Source: Selaginella moellendorffii
Lineage: Eukaryota; Plantae; Lycopodiophyta
Length of the DNA: 64,000 nt
Direction of reading: 5' to 3'
Assembly: GCF_000143415.4 (NCBI RefSeq)
Contig: NW_003314390.1
Coordinates: 332,343 to 396,342, forward strand
In this document: positions 15,137 to 29,070 of the stretch, in pieces
How the letters are laid out: every line of letters begins with the position of its first letter
Position numbering within the stretch: position 1 is the stretch's first letter
The notes under the pieces: generated by a model
Databases searched by the model: none
What the model was told of the DNA's origin: nothing
Seen by the model: only the letters and a program-made list of their open reading frames with translations
Made by a program: the position numbers and the translations under genes

Positions 15137-17049
15137 ATATCATTCTAAACTTTAGTGATTTAACATATTTACTGTATGACAACATCATCAAGAGTCTCTT
15201 CCTCCTCATCATAGCCATCATCATTAACACCATACTCTTCATTGGGATCTATTATCATGCTCATCCACCATCCTCAACAGAATGTGCTACTTTGGTACCA
15301 ATGAAACAAACAAGGAGAAAACCCTAGGTTAACTTCCCATATTCTTAGAATATTTATATGGTTTTTGTTATTGGCACCTTAAAACTAAACCTTAAATTCT
15401 TGAAAAAAAAAAATCTTATCTTACCCCTTAACACTTACTGTTCCATTCCTCCAATCCATAGAATGGAAGCCACTGTGTAGATGTTTTATGATCTTTCTTT
15501 GTAGAGAGAATTCCATAAACCCTAAACAAAGGTCCAAGTTTATATAATTTGTCATTCTTATAAATATAATTTATTATGTAATAAATTATAATTTGTCATT
15601 AGTTTACATTTTTTGTCATATGGTATATTAAATTTTTCATCTAGATATAATTTGTCATTTAGATATAAATCAACATAGTTATGTTGTATGTGAAATTATA
15701 GATTATCATGACAAATTACAATTTTCCTACATGATAAATTCCATTCTAGAATTTATTATAAAGTAGAATGGCAATTTGACATATCAAGTTTGTATAACTT
15801 GGAGAACTGAAATGAGGGTTGCATTAAGCTAATAGTACACTAGTATTTATGGAGGGTTGCATAAATTTAACAGTATACTTGCAATGTAGTTGATTTTTCA
15901 TTGAAAAGACTTCATAGCAAGATCTGTTGCAAAGTTGCATTCCAAAATCTCTACCATAACTGAAAAAATCATCTGCATGCTAAGGGATTTGAGAGCTGAC
16001 AAGAATTCACAACTTGCATTTGCATGCTGAATGTTTTCATTCATTAACTGTTTATAGGGTCCCATGGTGCCCACCAAGGAGCATAAGACCAATGGATTAT
16101 AGTAAGATGTTTTGATGATCTCACATTCCAAATCTTCTGCCATCAAGCCTTCTGTCCCCACCCTAGGCTTCACTGACTTGCCTATTACCCCTCCTGATGC
16201 ATCTCAGCACAATTCCCACCTACCTGTCAGTGTTTATAATAAGAAGTGTTGTCACCCTTGTGTCACTTCCAACTCAGATGTGGTATGATCACAAGCATGG
16301 GATCTATGACTAATGATTGGTGCTTGATCTCCATTTCTCATAGAAATTCAGAAATGTTCTTGGCCCAATGTTTGCCTATGAGAATTACATGTAGATCTGC
16401 ACCATAGGGGTGTGGTGGAGTAGCAGTCTCAAATGACATTTGAGTTCCATTATCAATCTATGACACCATGTTTTGTAGCTGGCCAAGATTCTCTGATTAT
16501 GGGGGTGAGGTCGTTTTAGATTGTGAAATCAAATTAGTGCCTTTGGTTGATGGTGTTCACATAGATTTGAAAAAGGACACTATCTTTCATACGAGCATCA
16601 CACCAACATTGGAGAGATTGCCAGGTCCAAAACTCTAATTTTTCAATCAGTTCCATCATTAGTGTGGAGAGTTTATGGCCCTACAAGTTTCTACCTATAG
16701 AGAAAGTGTACACTTCACACATATATGATGCAACATCTCCAAGCAAGAATCTCTATTGGGAGTAAGCCCGTCTCTAGATCCATAATCAGGTATGTACACC
16801 CAAAATTCTGTTGAGATGAAATGCTTATTGATTGCCTCAAGCTTGTCCCACATGGTCTTGTTTAGTATTGGACCCCAACTTTCTGTCCATACAAGGCCAC
16901 CATCATTACCTTTGTCATGTGATAGGTGTGTGACACCCCACTTGTGTACATTGGCTTTACAGCAATCTGATTAGAGGAGTGCATTAGCCCTTGTCATTGA
17001 TGTGATGTGCTCTTCTACTCCAGTTTTCCATTGGAGATAGGTACTTATA

Positions 17050-17700
17050 CTCATGTTGACAGCAAGGCCCATGGAGTCACAGAATTGGGCCAGGGTGTCT
17101 AGTTAGTGTTGAAATTCCAGTGGCATGGGGGCCAATAGAAGGAGGTCGTCCACATATATGAGCAGCTGCAGAATCATCCTGGCAAGCAAGATCGAGGAGG
17201 GAGTGCACCTTGCCATTAGTGTTTCCAACCCATTGATGAATAGGCCAAAAAGAGTGGGTGACAGAGGGCAACCTTGTTGGACACCCGTGTCACAGTTGAT
17301 CTGAGTATGCTGTAGAATGTCCGCTTTCATGTTTTCGTAAAGCCTCTGAATGAGCTTGATGAACTCCGGTGTTAGCTCATGAAATCATGCGAATAGTCTC
17401 CTTGATACCTTGTTAAAGGCTTTTACTATGTCAACGAAGCATGCATAAACTGAGGTTTGCAGATGTGCATGCTGTTTGTCCAGAGCTACCTGCAGCATCA
17501 CCAAGTGGTCAATGCAACTATAATGCTGTTGGAACCTGGCCTGACCTTGCATCCTTCCAGCTCACGAGATGCTGCTCCACCACTTTGGCCAGAAGATTTG
17601 CAAAGATTGTTGAGATCATTATACTACGATAGTACCCGCCTTGTTGATGTTCCAGGTCTGTGGAAAACCAAAAATTTAATATCCTGAACCCTAATTGGGG
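17050..17700 (-). mobile_element. Degenerate non-LTR retrotransposon (LINE) RT fragment
   Basis: GVQQGCPLSPTLFGLFINGLE and LLIYVDDLLL are LINE RT motifs, with FVDIVKAFNKV upstream. Stops are present and the boundaries are approximate. Confidence 0.8.
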
Positions 17701-19184
17701 TCCGGATTCGGCATTTCGGTGCTCAAGCGGGAGAGCGGTTCTTTGGCGGTTTTCTTGTGGAATCTGGCACCGGGAGGATCAGGGATCGCGGCATTATAAA
17801 AGCTCCAGGATCAAGTGTGGGAGTTGCCTCACGCCGTGGCAATGACATTCCTCCCAGGTGCTACTGTGGCATGGAGGGGAGGAGAATTGAAACTTGTGAT
17901 CTTGTTCGTGGTGGGATCGCTACAGACTTACCCGTATAGCTTCTTGCTTAGTTGTCGTGAAGCTCTCTTTCTAGGAGACAAAAAGGCTGGCGTCATCAGT
18001 GACCAAGGACAAAAGCCGGAGGTAAAGCTGATAAGTTTAGCAAATGAGGGATGACAGGACCTTAGGATGAGCTTGGCGAGCCAGAGAACGATACAGTGGA
18101 CACCATCAAGTTCATGACAAACAAGCCTTGCGTCTTCAAAGATCCAGAGCTATCGAAGAGGAAGAGCGGCCAACTTGAAGTGCCGGATGTAAGGCTGTTT
18201 CAGGTACATTTTCATCTCTTCTACTTTATTTGAAGCTTTTATGTTCGCAGATGGGCATGGGCGAGTCGAAGCCCGCCAAAACATTCGATTCAGTTTACCT
18301 CCCTGGCTTCTTTTACACCTATGGTCGTCCATGTACGACAACACAATCTCGCCAGCCTCTTACGTCCATACCAGTACACTTCATGTGCTTTTTTATCAGA
18401 ATACTGTAACAAGCGAGAGCGAATCGGATCTGCTCAAGTGCCTTGAAGAGGGAGTCGAGGAACTGGGACCTTGTGACGATTATCAGCCCAAGTGGTATCC
18501 CAAGAAGAAGTGCCTTGTGGGAGATTTCTCTATCGCTGAGCAGGTGTACTCGGTTTTTTGATAATTTTGCATCCTTGAGTCGACTCCAACTTAATCTTCC
18601 ACGTCATTCAGTGGTACGTTTTACCCACTGGGGACTCTCAACTTTTTGAGTCCAGAGGCACGTTGTGGAGGACATGCTAAGACTCGACAAAGTGTTTGCC
18701 AGGAGGGCGGAAAGGTTTCATCAAGTTGCAAGGCCGTGTGATCACGAGCGCGGATCCTGAAGTGAAGAAAGGAACTTGCGCTTTACTTCTTACTTAACGT
18801 GTCTGCTTGTAGTAACCTCCGGGATGAAGAGCTGCAGGGGAGACGAGACGCTGATTCGCTGAGATGGGGAGACGAGACGCTGAAGAGCTTCACTCTCCTA
18901 CAGAGGGGGATGTCGATCAATTAGATAATCAACGTGACCAAAGTACCTTAACAGGTACTCCTCGTCATGCCCAGAAGGTTCTATAAGTTTGACTAATGGC
19001 TCCGTTGATTCCAACACGAGATGATAGAAAGGGACCGAAAGACTCGCTCTTCACTTGAATGTGTCACGTCCAGCGTAGGTCTCTCGACCCATCTCGCGAT
19101 TCAGCATTGGAAATGCGGTAGTTTGTAGCAGGTACGCCTCTCTTTCGCTGCCGTCTGGATCTAATTTCTCGTTCTCTCCTGCAG

Positions 19185-22097
19185 ATGATTATCCCTTTCC
19201 AATGTAGAAAGCGATGGCTTCTCGTGACTTTGTGTGCCTTCCTTATGCTCCAAAGCTTTGAGACTGGTGCTGCATCCGTTGAAGAAGGTAATGAGCAAGC
19301 GTACAGATTCTGGTTCCTCAAATTTTCCTCCAGGGGACGAGCTGCGTTTCCTTAAGAGGAGTTTGGGAGATCCGGAAGTTTTGGAGAGCTGGAGGGAAGA
19401 AAGCGATCCATGCCAAAGCCGTTGGTATGGAGTCACTTGCTCAAACACCAACAGCGTGAGCGAACTGTAAGTGCTGTTTGTACTTATCAGTTTCCTGTTG
19501 AGCTTAGCTCGTCCTTGTTGCAGAGATCTGAGTAATCTACTTTTACAAGGCAGCTTGGCATCAGGCACTTTTGCAAAACTTCCAGGCCTAACGAAGCTGT
19601 AAGTTTCAGACTTTGTAGAAAAAACCTTCTTACTCTTGTCCTGCAGGGTTTTAGCTAACAATAGCTTCACAGGAGACATTCCAGATAGTTTATTTGGTCT
19701 GTCAAGTCTCACTCACCTGTAAGTAAAATTTCTCTTTCCATTTTGTTATCTCACATTGTTTCTATCTGCCAGAGATGTTTCGTACAACCTTTTCTCAGGA
19801 ATGCTTGGCAGTGGATTTGAGCATCTAACTAAGCTACAGATACTGTACCGTATCATTTCTCTAATCTTTCTCATCCTTACTCAATTGATTCTCTAGGTCC
19901 CTTACTGGAAACCCGTTTAATACAGGGACACAGCTTGACTTCAGAGAGCTTATAGAGCTTGAATATGTGTAAGTTCCTCTCTTTTCTTTCCTACAATGTT
20001 TTCATGCATAAAATCATCTTGTTTCTCGTTCTTTTGATAGGCTGTTGGGTGGCTGTGGCTTTACACAAAGCCTTCCACCAGGAATTTTTCTGCTACCAAA
20101 ACTATATGCTTTGTAAGTCTAAATTTTCTAAGCAATTTCTCACCATTTGTTATTGCCTAGTAGGGACTTGGAAGGCAACTCGTTCAGTGGAGCACTGACT
20201 GATGAGATCCGGCAAACAACAAGTCCCTTGACCGTGTTGTAAGCGACTGAGTTCTCATGTATTGTGCATTTGAACTTATTTCTCTTTCAGGGGGCTTCAA
20301 AACAGTGGCATTTCTGTTGATCTCAACCCCACCACCATCCGCTATTTCCAAAACCTCCGCTATCTGTAAGCACGAAAATAAAATCTTACCTCGTCGTCAC
20401 CTTCTGAACTAATGCAGGTCCTTACCTGAAGACGTGATAAAATATGTCCCTACTGTGCTTCAAGGAAGGTTGCCAAGGCAAGTGAAGATGAATCTCTTTG
20501 TGATGGTGCTAAATTTGTGGGTTAGGCAGTATCCAGAATTCTTTATGCATGTACGTAGCATGGATCAAATGCGAGACTCCGTCCCGCGCGAAACCGAAAG
20601 CTTCAGATGAACCAGCTCCTCCACCTAGAGCACCGAAAAGCAAAAACACCGCAGCTATTATAGGCGGTGTTGTTGGAGGGGCTGCATTTTTTATCGCAAG
20701 CTCTTGTTTGGCGATTTATTGCATACTAGCGAGGCGCCAGAAATGTGTAGTGACAGGTAACTTGCTGTTAATACTGTGTTCTGTTTGATCTTCTTTGTTT
20801 TTACCTTTCTCGCAGACTTTACTGTGAAGGCAGGATTGGAGCTAGAAGTTGTCACGAGTTCTCAATCTTTTGTCGTCGCTCACGCTTTCACTTATGCGGA
20901 ACTCGAGCAAGCTACCGATAAATTTAACATGAGAAACCTGGTTGGGGAAGGCAGCTTTGGTCAAGTGTTTCGGGGGATCCTCACGAATGGCAAGGTGAGA
21001 AAAGTATATTTCATAGACAGCTTCCAAAAGTTGGATGTTTTCAGGTGGTTGCTATCAAAAGAATGGATAGATTTGCTGGTCAGTGCGCGGAGGCAGAGAA
21101 AGAGTTTCGTATCGAGGTTGATTTGCTTAGCCGGATGAACCATCCGCACCTGGTGAGGCTGTTTGGCTACTGTGCGGACGGGAGTCAAAGATTGATTGTC
21201 TACGAGTTCATGTCTAATGGTTCACTTGAGAGCTACTTTGCAGGTAATCTGCCACTTCTTCTCTTGCTTTCTTTTCCCAGACGTGATCTTTCCAGGTCGA
21301 TGCTTATACAGGAGTGGATTCAAACTAGATTTTCGGAGGCGACTGCTAATCTCTTTGGGTTGTGCCAAAGGCTTAGCTTTCCTGCACGCTGGAGGAGAGG
21401 ATGGCGATCCTATTGTTCACCGCGACTTCAAGTCTTCAAACATTCTTCTCGATTCTTACTTCTCCGCTAAGGTAAGTAGCAATCGCTCCATTTGCCTCGT
21501 TTCTTCCACTTGCTTACAAGTTTCTCTTAGATATCCGACTTTGGATTTGCCAAGCTTCTTCAAAGGAACCAAAGCCATGCCAGCACCCGCGTGATTGGAA
21601 CATTTGGCTACTTCGATCCACACTACACGGCAGTGAGTAATCTCTGCGAATTCCAATAGTAGTGTGTTGTGTAACCCGAGTGCTATAACCTGGATCAGAC
21701 CGGGCGACTCACCGTGAAAGCGGATGTGTACAGTTTCGGCGTGGTACTCTTGCAGCTACTCACTGGGAAGCCTGCGGTGGTTTCATTTGGAGGGGATGAC
21801 GTTCCACAAAACATAGTGTCTTGGGTGAGTTATGTTGATTCTCTTCCCTGAACTTTGGAGAGGTGAGCTCTCGGAACTTTGCAGGCGGAGCCTTGTCTCA
21901 GTGACAAGAGAAAGCTCAGGAGGATTTTGGACAAAGATTTGGGCTCTACTTACCCACCAAAGTGTGCTCACAAGCTCGCTCTTTTGGCATCGTGCTGCCT
22001 GAGAGAGAACGCGGAGGCGAGGCCAAGCATGGCTCAGTGCGTACAAACGATCGAAGAAATTCTCGTGGAGTGCGCAATGCACCTCGAAAACGTGTAA
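19185..22097 (+). CDS. LRR receptor-like Ser/Thr kinase (multi-exon)
   Basis: Signal peptide exon, LRRNT ([18 protein letters not shown]), a series of about 72-nt LRR exons, TM segment [26 protein letters not shown], and kinase motifs [21 protein letters not shown] and GTFGYFDP. Confidence 0.92.
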
Positions 22098-22327
22098 AGA
22101 ACAGTTCCACAGCATCAGAATGCACAGTTCGCAGCTCATTCCCTGGGGGAAGGACAAAATGTACGAGAGATAATCATCTGGGAAATTAAAGGTAGAACCA
22201 AAGAGAGAATTTTGATCTGAAGAACAAGCTTACCCTCTAGCTTCTAGCGGATTTCCGAAGCTCGACGGCGTCGATGGATTGGAAGCGACAAGCGAGTCTT
22301 TCGCGAAAAAAAACGTATCTTTTTTCT

Positions 22328-23515
22328 TCATCTCTTGGAATCGAGAGTACAGATTTCCTCGCCCGTGTTAGCGAGCCAGTAGTCATATTTGTAGTCGTCA
22401 TTCATCTTCTTCGTTGCTGCCTTGTGACCCTGGCGATTACTTGACGAGAGTCTGCTCGCAAGTAGGGAGATAAGCTCTAGCTGCTTGGCCTGCTGATCCT
22501 GGAATTAAATCGAGCACACAGAACCCGCCAGCTAATTAGAAATGCTTCCAAAAGACGTACCTGTATAGCCATCAAGGCGCTTCGAGTTTCTTTAAGCTCC
22601 TCTTCAAGCAAAGTTTCACGATGGGAGAGAGCTTTCACAGCGGAGGCCATATCTGCTGCCAGTTTCGCCGTCTACAAAAACATCAAGGATGAGAGGCGCA
22701 TTCTCTTGATGAAAAGCAGCAATGGCGAACCTGATGGATTGGATCTTGGAGCGTTCGTTTAGTGACTTGCACACGCACACCAAGCTTCTCGAGCTGTCTG
22801 GTTAGAGCACGGATGAGCGTGATCGAGCCAAGGAAATCGTGTTCCAGGCTCGCCACCCGCTGTGCCAGTGCTAAGTTGGAGCTCTCCTTGAGAATCCTTT
22901 CACTTGGTTGCGGCTGGACGGATCTTAGAATGATGTTGATGAGCAGAGCCAGCCATAGTGGGACGAGTTGCCAAGTGGAAAGTGCCGCATATTTGAGCTG
23001 TCGTGGAGGTGCATGGCCTGGAGATACTTCTAGCTTCACAAAAAACAACTAAGAACACTGCTGCGAGAAAGAAAAAAGAAAGAAAAACAAGACGAACGAT
23101 TCGACTTACGCATTGTTCCTGGGTGGAAGAAGGCCGGATCAAGCATCCAGCCTGCGAGACAACGGCAGCCGAGAGGCAAATCCCCTCGCCAGTAGCTAGA
23201 ATTTGCCTGTAGTTGATCCCCCGCCTCTCCTCTCCTTCATGCTTTGCTGAAATCCATGCACTGAGTGATCGATTGGAGCGGCAAAGGAACCATACCTGAT
23301 GGCGACGATGAGCAGCGAACGACGGTGAGGAACTTGATCGAGTTGCAAGCAGTGCACAGGCACGTCAAAATCTCGGCATTGCTGAGAAATCTGGGAAAGC
23401 GAAGCTGGGATTTCTTTCCGGATTGTCCCTGAGCCGCGATCAGACCAGCGGTAGGGGTAGATCCTAGAAGCGAGCACCTGACGCTGTTGCGCTGGTACAC
23501 AGCCAGGGCGGCCAT
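22328..23515 (-). CDS. Conserved uncharacterised plant protein with transit-peptide-like N-terminus, TM segments and coiled coil (resembles At5g65250)
   Basis: Spliced exons give RVASLEHDFLGSITLIRALTRQLEKLGVRVQVTKRTLQDPIHQ...LEEELKETRSALMAIQDQQAKQLELI. The family resemblance is recalled, not searched. Confidence 0.7.
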
Positions 23516-23577
23516 TCCTCGCTAAAACCCCTAAATGCAAGTGAAAGAGAAAGATAAGAGCTAGGGTTTTGTCTCTC

Positions 23578-24971
23578 ATGGCTGGAGAGCTCTGTAGCTG
23601 TGGCAGCGGCATTGCGAGCGCGTGGGAAAGGCGCCATAGAATCAGTGCTGCTCCACGTCTTGTTCTCGATCGTCGTCGCCTCCAGATTTTGGCTGCTGCA
23701 TCCCCGGGTAAGAGGAGAGAACTCTTTGGTTTCTCTTTCTTGGTGGAAACTCTCAAATTCCTTGCTCTTATCGATATCCAGGCAGCAAGAGAAAGACTAG
23801 AGGCAAGAAGGACGACTCCGACTTGAAGTCCAAGTCATACACGGACGAGGAAGTTTACAACATCAGCCGCGGATGGAAGATCAAGGCCGAGCCTAACGAG
23901 AAGGTATGAGAAAGAAATTCTAGGAAGTCTTGTTTTCCCTCGCTTGATGTTTATAGCGCTTTCCAGGTTGTAGAGATGGCGGGCTTGAAGTTTCCTGCCA
24001 GCCTGAATAAACTGAGTGACCAAGATAAGGCGCCCCTTCTCGAGCCTCGGACAGTTCACAAACTTTTGCGGGTATACACTAGCTCGAGGTTGGATTTCTT
24101 AAGACCGCTCGATGTCTATCTCACTGCTACACAACAATCGGGTATGTTTCTCTTGGTCAGGTTATGGGTGGCAAAAACAATGGAAAGAAGCTCTTGTCGC
24201 CAAACGATTCCTCCGTAAGGCCGATGATGGAAGTTGTCCGAGGCGCTGTTTTTAACATGCTACAGGTAGAGAAAAAAGAGGATATCTTCTGTCTATGATA
24301 CTCACCTATGTTTGAATCAAGGCACGCGGAGGATACACGGGAGGTTTGCCTCCTGGGAAATGGCTAGACCTCTACAGCGGTACTGGCTCTGTTGGAATCG
24401 AAGCGTTGAGCAGGGGCTGCTTGGCAGTAAGTTTCATGGTGAATTCTATGATCCGTATTGAAACTTGTTTTTTTTTTTTAAGGCACATTTTATAGAAATG
24501 GACCCGTGGGTGATATCCAAGGTTCTCAAGCCCAACCTTGACGCTACGAATTACACAGAGCAGTCGGTAGTTCACATGCTCAAGGTGGAAACTTACCTCG
24601 AGAAGCAGGCAACCAATCCAAAGGCCGAAGTTTTCGACTACATAAGCGTCACTCCCCCTTACGAAGCTGTCCATTATCCCACGCTTATGGAGCAGCTTTC
24701 TACCTCTCCTCTCGTGGGAGACTACACTTACGTGGTTAGTCAGCATTTGGTTCCTAGATTTTGCGTGATATACTCTCTCGTTTCTTGTCCCAGATTGTAG
24801 AGTATCCTTTGAAGTCGAAAGACGAAATGCCGGAGGCCTGTGGACCTCTTGCAAAGGTATTCCTCTTCTCCCTTGAAAATCATCCTGTGGAAACTTGACT
24901 CTTGTGTCATCCAGATTGTAGATAGGCGCTATGGAAGAACGCATTTGGCTGTTTACGGGCCAAATCCTTGA
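23578..24971 (+). CDS. RsmD: RsmD/YlbH-type rRNA (guanine-N2) methyltransferase, probably plastid-targeted
   Basis: VRPMMEVVRGAVF, SAM-binding WLDLYSGTGSVGIEALSRG, HFIEMDPWV, ISVTPPY and DRRYGRTHLAVYGP across GT-AG introns. Confidence 0.88.
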
Positions 24972-25052
24972 CACAAGTCTATAGTCATCGAATTTCAAGA
25001 CAAAACAGGACTGGGAAACTTCAATTTAACGAGCTATACAACATCGGTTTTT

Positions 25053-26047
25053 TCATTTCTTCTGCTGCTCTTCGCTATCTTTCCAGGTCGCTTGCCATTG
25101 CTTGTCGTAGAATGTCGACTCCTTGACCAGCGTTTTGATAGTTTCCAAGTCCTCGTTCTTCCTGACCAGCAGGATTCCAACCACGGTGATGAGGAGCAGT
25201 AGCTTGCCAAAGAAGCTGTTCGTTTGGTCCACCAGGCCCACCCCAGTCAAGCTGTCTATCAAGTACGCTGCGAAGAATCCCACCATCGCTGCTCGGCCTG
25301 GAGGGAGAAAAGAAAAGACCAAAGAGTTTCTCGACAGGCGTCCGAAGGCCAGAAGGAAACACGTAGCTTACCATTCAAGAGCTCCGCCTCTGGCAAGTGG
25401 AAGCGTCGGACCCACGCCCACCACGGGACGGTAGCCGTGTCAAACAGCACAGGATCGTCGTTGCTCGAGGCCTCGGGATTCTCTTCTAGCCACTTTCTTC
25501 TCAACACCTCTGCCGATCGATCAAGTCAGTAAGCAAAAAACAAAGCGAAAAAAGTAGGATCTCGCCACTCACCAGCGTCAATCACAGCATCCCAATCCAT
25601 CTTGCCGTTCTTAACAAACTTGGTCATGTCCCAGTTGCCATTCTTCCACCTTGGATCCTCAAACTTTTCTCCGGAGACCGCGGAGCTCTTCTTTCCCAAG
25701 GCAGCGGGGCTGGGATCCTTCCCTTCGGCCGCTTCTCCCCGCAGCGTACCCCCTTTCTCCAGGGGCGATGGCTTCTTCTTGCCCGACGATTGAGCTGTGG
25801 AATCCCCCTCCTCCTTCTGCGGCAAAACAGCAACCTCCGAGGGCGCCGAATTCGTCGCCGGAACGCGCTCCTCCTCCGATGATGCCATGGCGATGGCTAC
25901 TCTTCCAAATCTCTTGTTGCCGCGCCCGAAATCCCTGGCCGATGCCGCCGCGAGAGGAATGCGATGTCGCGAGCGATTGCACGAAGTACTGACACACCTG
26001 GGAGAGCCGCCTCCCACGGGCGCCATCGCGGTCGCTGCCATCGCCAT
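25053..26047 (-). CDS. LIL3: Light-harvesting complex-like protein 3
   Basis: Three exons. [10 protein letters not shown]...[45 protein letters not shown] (LHC motif) and C-terminal [11 protein letters not shown]. Confidence 0.95.
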
Positions 26048-26173
26048 ATCTCTCCTCCTTCCTGCCCTAAAATGCGCTTATAATCGCCTATTTCAAGATG
26101 GCCAGCTGGGCGTCTATTTGCGCGCCATTTCTATTCCTTTTCTTTCCCCTTTCTAGTCTTGCTTTTAGGGTTT

Positions 26174-28584
26174 ATGCGCGGCATGGATGGGCGATCGTCG
26201 CCTTCTTCCTCGCCCTGGGCGCCTGTGATCTGCAGCTCGCCACTGCATTCTGGCGGCCTCTCCATGGAGAATCCGTTCGAGATGTTCGACGAGGTGGGGA
26301 GGAGTCTCAAGTGGTTTAGTCTCTCTCGGAATGCGCCCGACGCCCCGGTCGTCCATCGGCCCGTTCTTGAGGAAGTCGCATCGCAGGATAGCTACGATTC
26401 GGATTGTTCTAGCACCAGTAGCTGGAACAAGAATCCGGAATCGCTGGCGATGCCGGACGAGCATTGCGAAGAACAGGAATCGTCTGTTTCAGAGCCTCTT
26501 CGATGTAGAGATGAATTGGTGCTCCATCACAAGGTAAGTCATGTAGAATGGCTCTTTTACTGCTCTTTAAACTCTTTTCTGTTTCAGAGCCCCGAACCAA
26601 AAATCGAAGAAATTTACGATGAGCCTTGTGTTAAGGAAGACAATGAGACTGTGAGTCCCTCCCATATATTTGTTAAGAAGTCCTAAAGTCCTTTGTGTAG
26701 CAGGAGGATCGATATTACAAAGACGAGCACGTCCAAGAGGTATTTGATAAAGCGTCCATGGTTTCTTTGACGCTTCTTTACTTCTCCAGAGTAAGCGAGA
26801 GTCCTGTCTTTACTCGCAAATGCCACCTCCGGTGGGATCGGACAAGGATCCAGTTTCTGGATTAGTGCGTTCTTTCTTCCGCACTAAACTCGATGCTCGT
26901 AAAGTTCCGGATGTGATCTCCCACGACAAAATCCCTGATACTGAAGCGTTGGAGAAGAAACTTGAAATGCTCGAAGCTGAAAACTTAAGAGTGAAGAAAG
27001 AGAGCCTGCGCCTTATCAAGTTATTGAAGGTATGGGAAGGTTCTGTGACCATCACGTGTCTGATCTCGTGCTGGCATTTTTCAGGAAAAAGAGGACGACT
27101 TTGCACGCTTTACTCAAGATAAGGCTGCATGGGAGAAACAGAGTGTGTCGAGCATGCAAGCATTTTGCTCTGAAAAAGAAGAGCTTGTAAGTGACGCATA
27201 CTGTTACTTGTGCTTTGCATTGAAATGTATTGCAGCTCAAGGAACTCAAGCGGGAAAAGCGTTTGCTAGAAAAACGCTTTCAAGCCATGTCGCAGCTTCC
27301 GAATTCGCTTCCCAACAAGGCCGAGCGAAAGGAAATTGCTGATTTGAAAGCCAAGCTAATTGACGTGCATGAAGAGCATTTGAAGAAGGAAGCTCGCCTG
27401 CGGCTGACGGTACCATCCATGACTACACTCTTTTCTGTCACTGGCTTACTTTACTCTTACAGAATATCAGGCTTCGGAAGCTTGTGAAGGAGATGTCGGC
27501 CCGGCTAAACGAGAAACAAGAGGAGGTATAACTTTTCTCTGGCTATAAGCTACTGATTGTTTTCCTCGTTTTGCTAGATCAAACGATATGAACGGCTGTT
27601 ACAGGATTGGGATGTTCAAGAGCCGGAGAAGTCAGAAATAGTTCCTGGCTGCAAAACTATCAAGAAGATTGAATGCTTATCAAGCGAAAGGGCAGCTGTT
27701 GGATGTAGGATCACAGGTGCTTTGTTTTATCAACGTCCTGACGGTCGTGCAAAGCAGAAGAAGGAAGCTGCCAGCAAGGACTCCTCAATACCGGCCTGTG
27801 GCAATAAGATAAAAGCTGCAAGCAACCCAAGCACGACTGAAAAAACTTGCACTTCTATTGTAGATGTATCAAGTGATGCAGTGGATTCAGCAAGTGACAA
27901 AAACCGCGCTACATCGATATGTAAGGAAAAGTCTTCCAGTGAACCAGGAACGGAGGACGGCGCGTCCATGGACGGAACAGTGGTCGATGAGCTCATCACT
28001 GATCATGAATCTGGTAAAACAGCTGGTTGCGACTTCTTCAACTTTTTTTCTGATGTTTGTCATTTTTTCTGTTGTAGGTTCAGACGTGCTTTTTGAGGAC
28101 AAAACGAGAAGCAAGGAGAATACATGTAGAGAGAATGGCATTCGGGGAGCACAGAGAAGATCGCTGGTTTTCACGGATGGTACTCGAGAAGAAGTAAGTT
28201 TTCTGTTTGGCTTATTGANNNNNNNNNNNNNNNNNNNNNNNNNNNNNNNNNNNNNNNNNNNNNNNNNNNNNNNNNNNNNNNNNNNNNNNNNNNNNNNNNN
28301 NNNNNNNNNNNNNNNNNNGTGTCTTTACTTTCCGAATGGAGATATCAAGAACTCTCTTGCAGATGGTACTACGGAATATTACTACTCGGAAATCGATACA
28401 TGGCACACCACGAAGCCTGATGGCGTCGAGATATTTTACTTCCCGCACAACCAGGTGAGTTAGCTTGCGTCTAAGTAGCGTCTAAGTATAGGCTTAATTT
28501 AGTTTGTTCCAGATCGAAGAGCACTGGCCAGATGGACACAAAAGGATTATATTTCCAGATGGAACATCCACAGTCGAGTCCTAG
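26174..28584 (+). CDS. SAS4: Centriole assembly protein SAS-4/CPAP/CENP-J-like (coiled coil + Tcp10 C-terminal G-box domain)
   Basis: Coiled coil LKELKREKRLLEK...ERKEIADLKAKL...KEARLRLT and C-terminal repeats YFPNGDIK, LADGTTEYYY, KPDGVEIFYFPHNQIEEHWPDGHKRIIFPDG. An N gap at 28219-28318 interrupts it. Confidence 0.85.
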
Positions 28585-29070
28585 TTGTTGCATCAACTCC
28601 TCAATAAGAAAGGTTAGTTCTTATTCATTTCTGGCTGTCTACCGAATTGAAAGCTTTTTTGTTTCCATGCACCGGTTAGAACACTACTGCTGCCGCCGCA
28701 CCTAGAAGTCCACTGTTTGTTATAGAAAGTCGGGCTGATCTGATGCAAGATCACTGGCGTCGTCATGATTGCAACTGCTGCACTATTCACTACCAAGACA
28801 ACGATTTGCTACCGGAGAAGAATCGTTGGGTCAAGCCTATCGCGGTGGACAGAAGATGACGGGCTACCGACTTGTAAGGGATTCATCTCCTATAAGCTTC
28901 AGATTTCTGTTAAAACGGGACACACCACCCAGGTACAAACCTTCAATCGCAAGAGCTCATCTGAGTCGTTTGTGTTTCAGGTATCGACGGATAAAGTCGA
29001 GCCACGTTATGTGGAAGGCTGGGATATAAGGTTCCCAAAACGGTAGCTCAGGCCGGGGAAGAAGGCAACC

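Noticed and set aside
15140-17040. AT-rich stretch with TATAATTTGTCATT repeats and ORF fragments
   Set aside because: Probably transposon debris, but no termini or protein motif could be identified.
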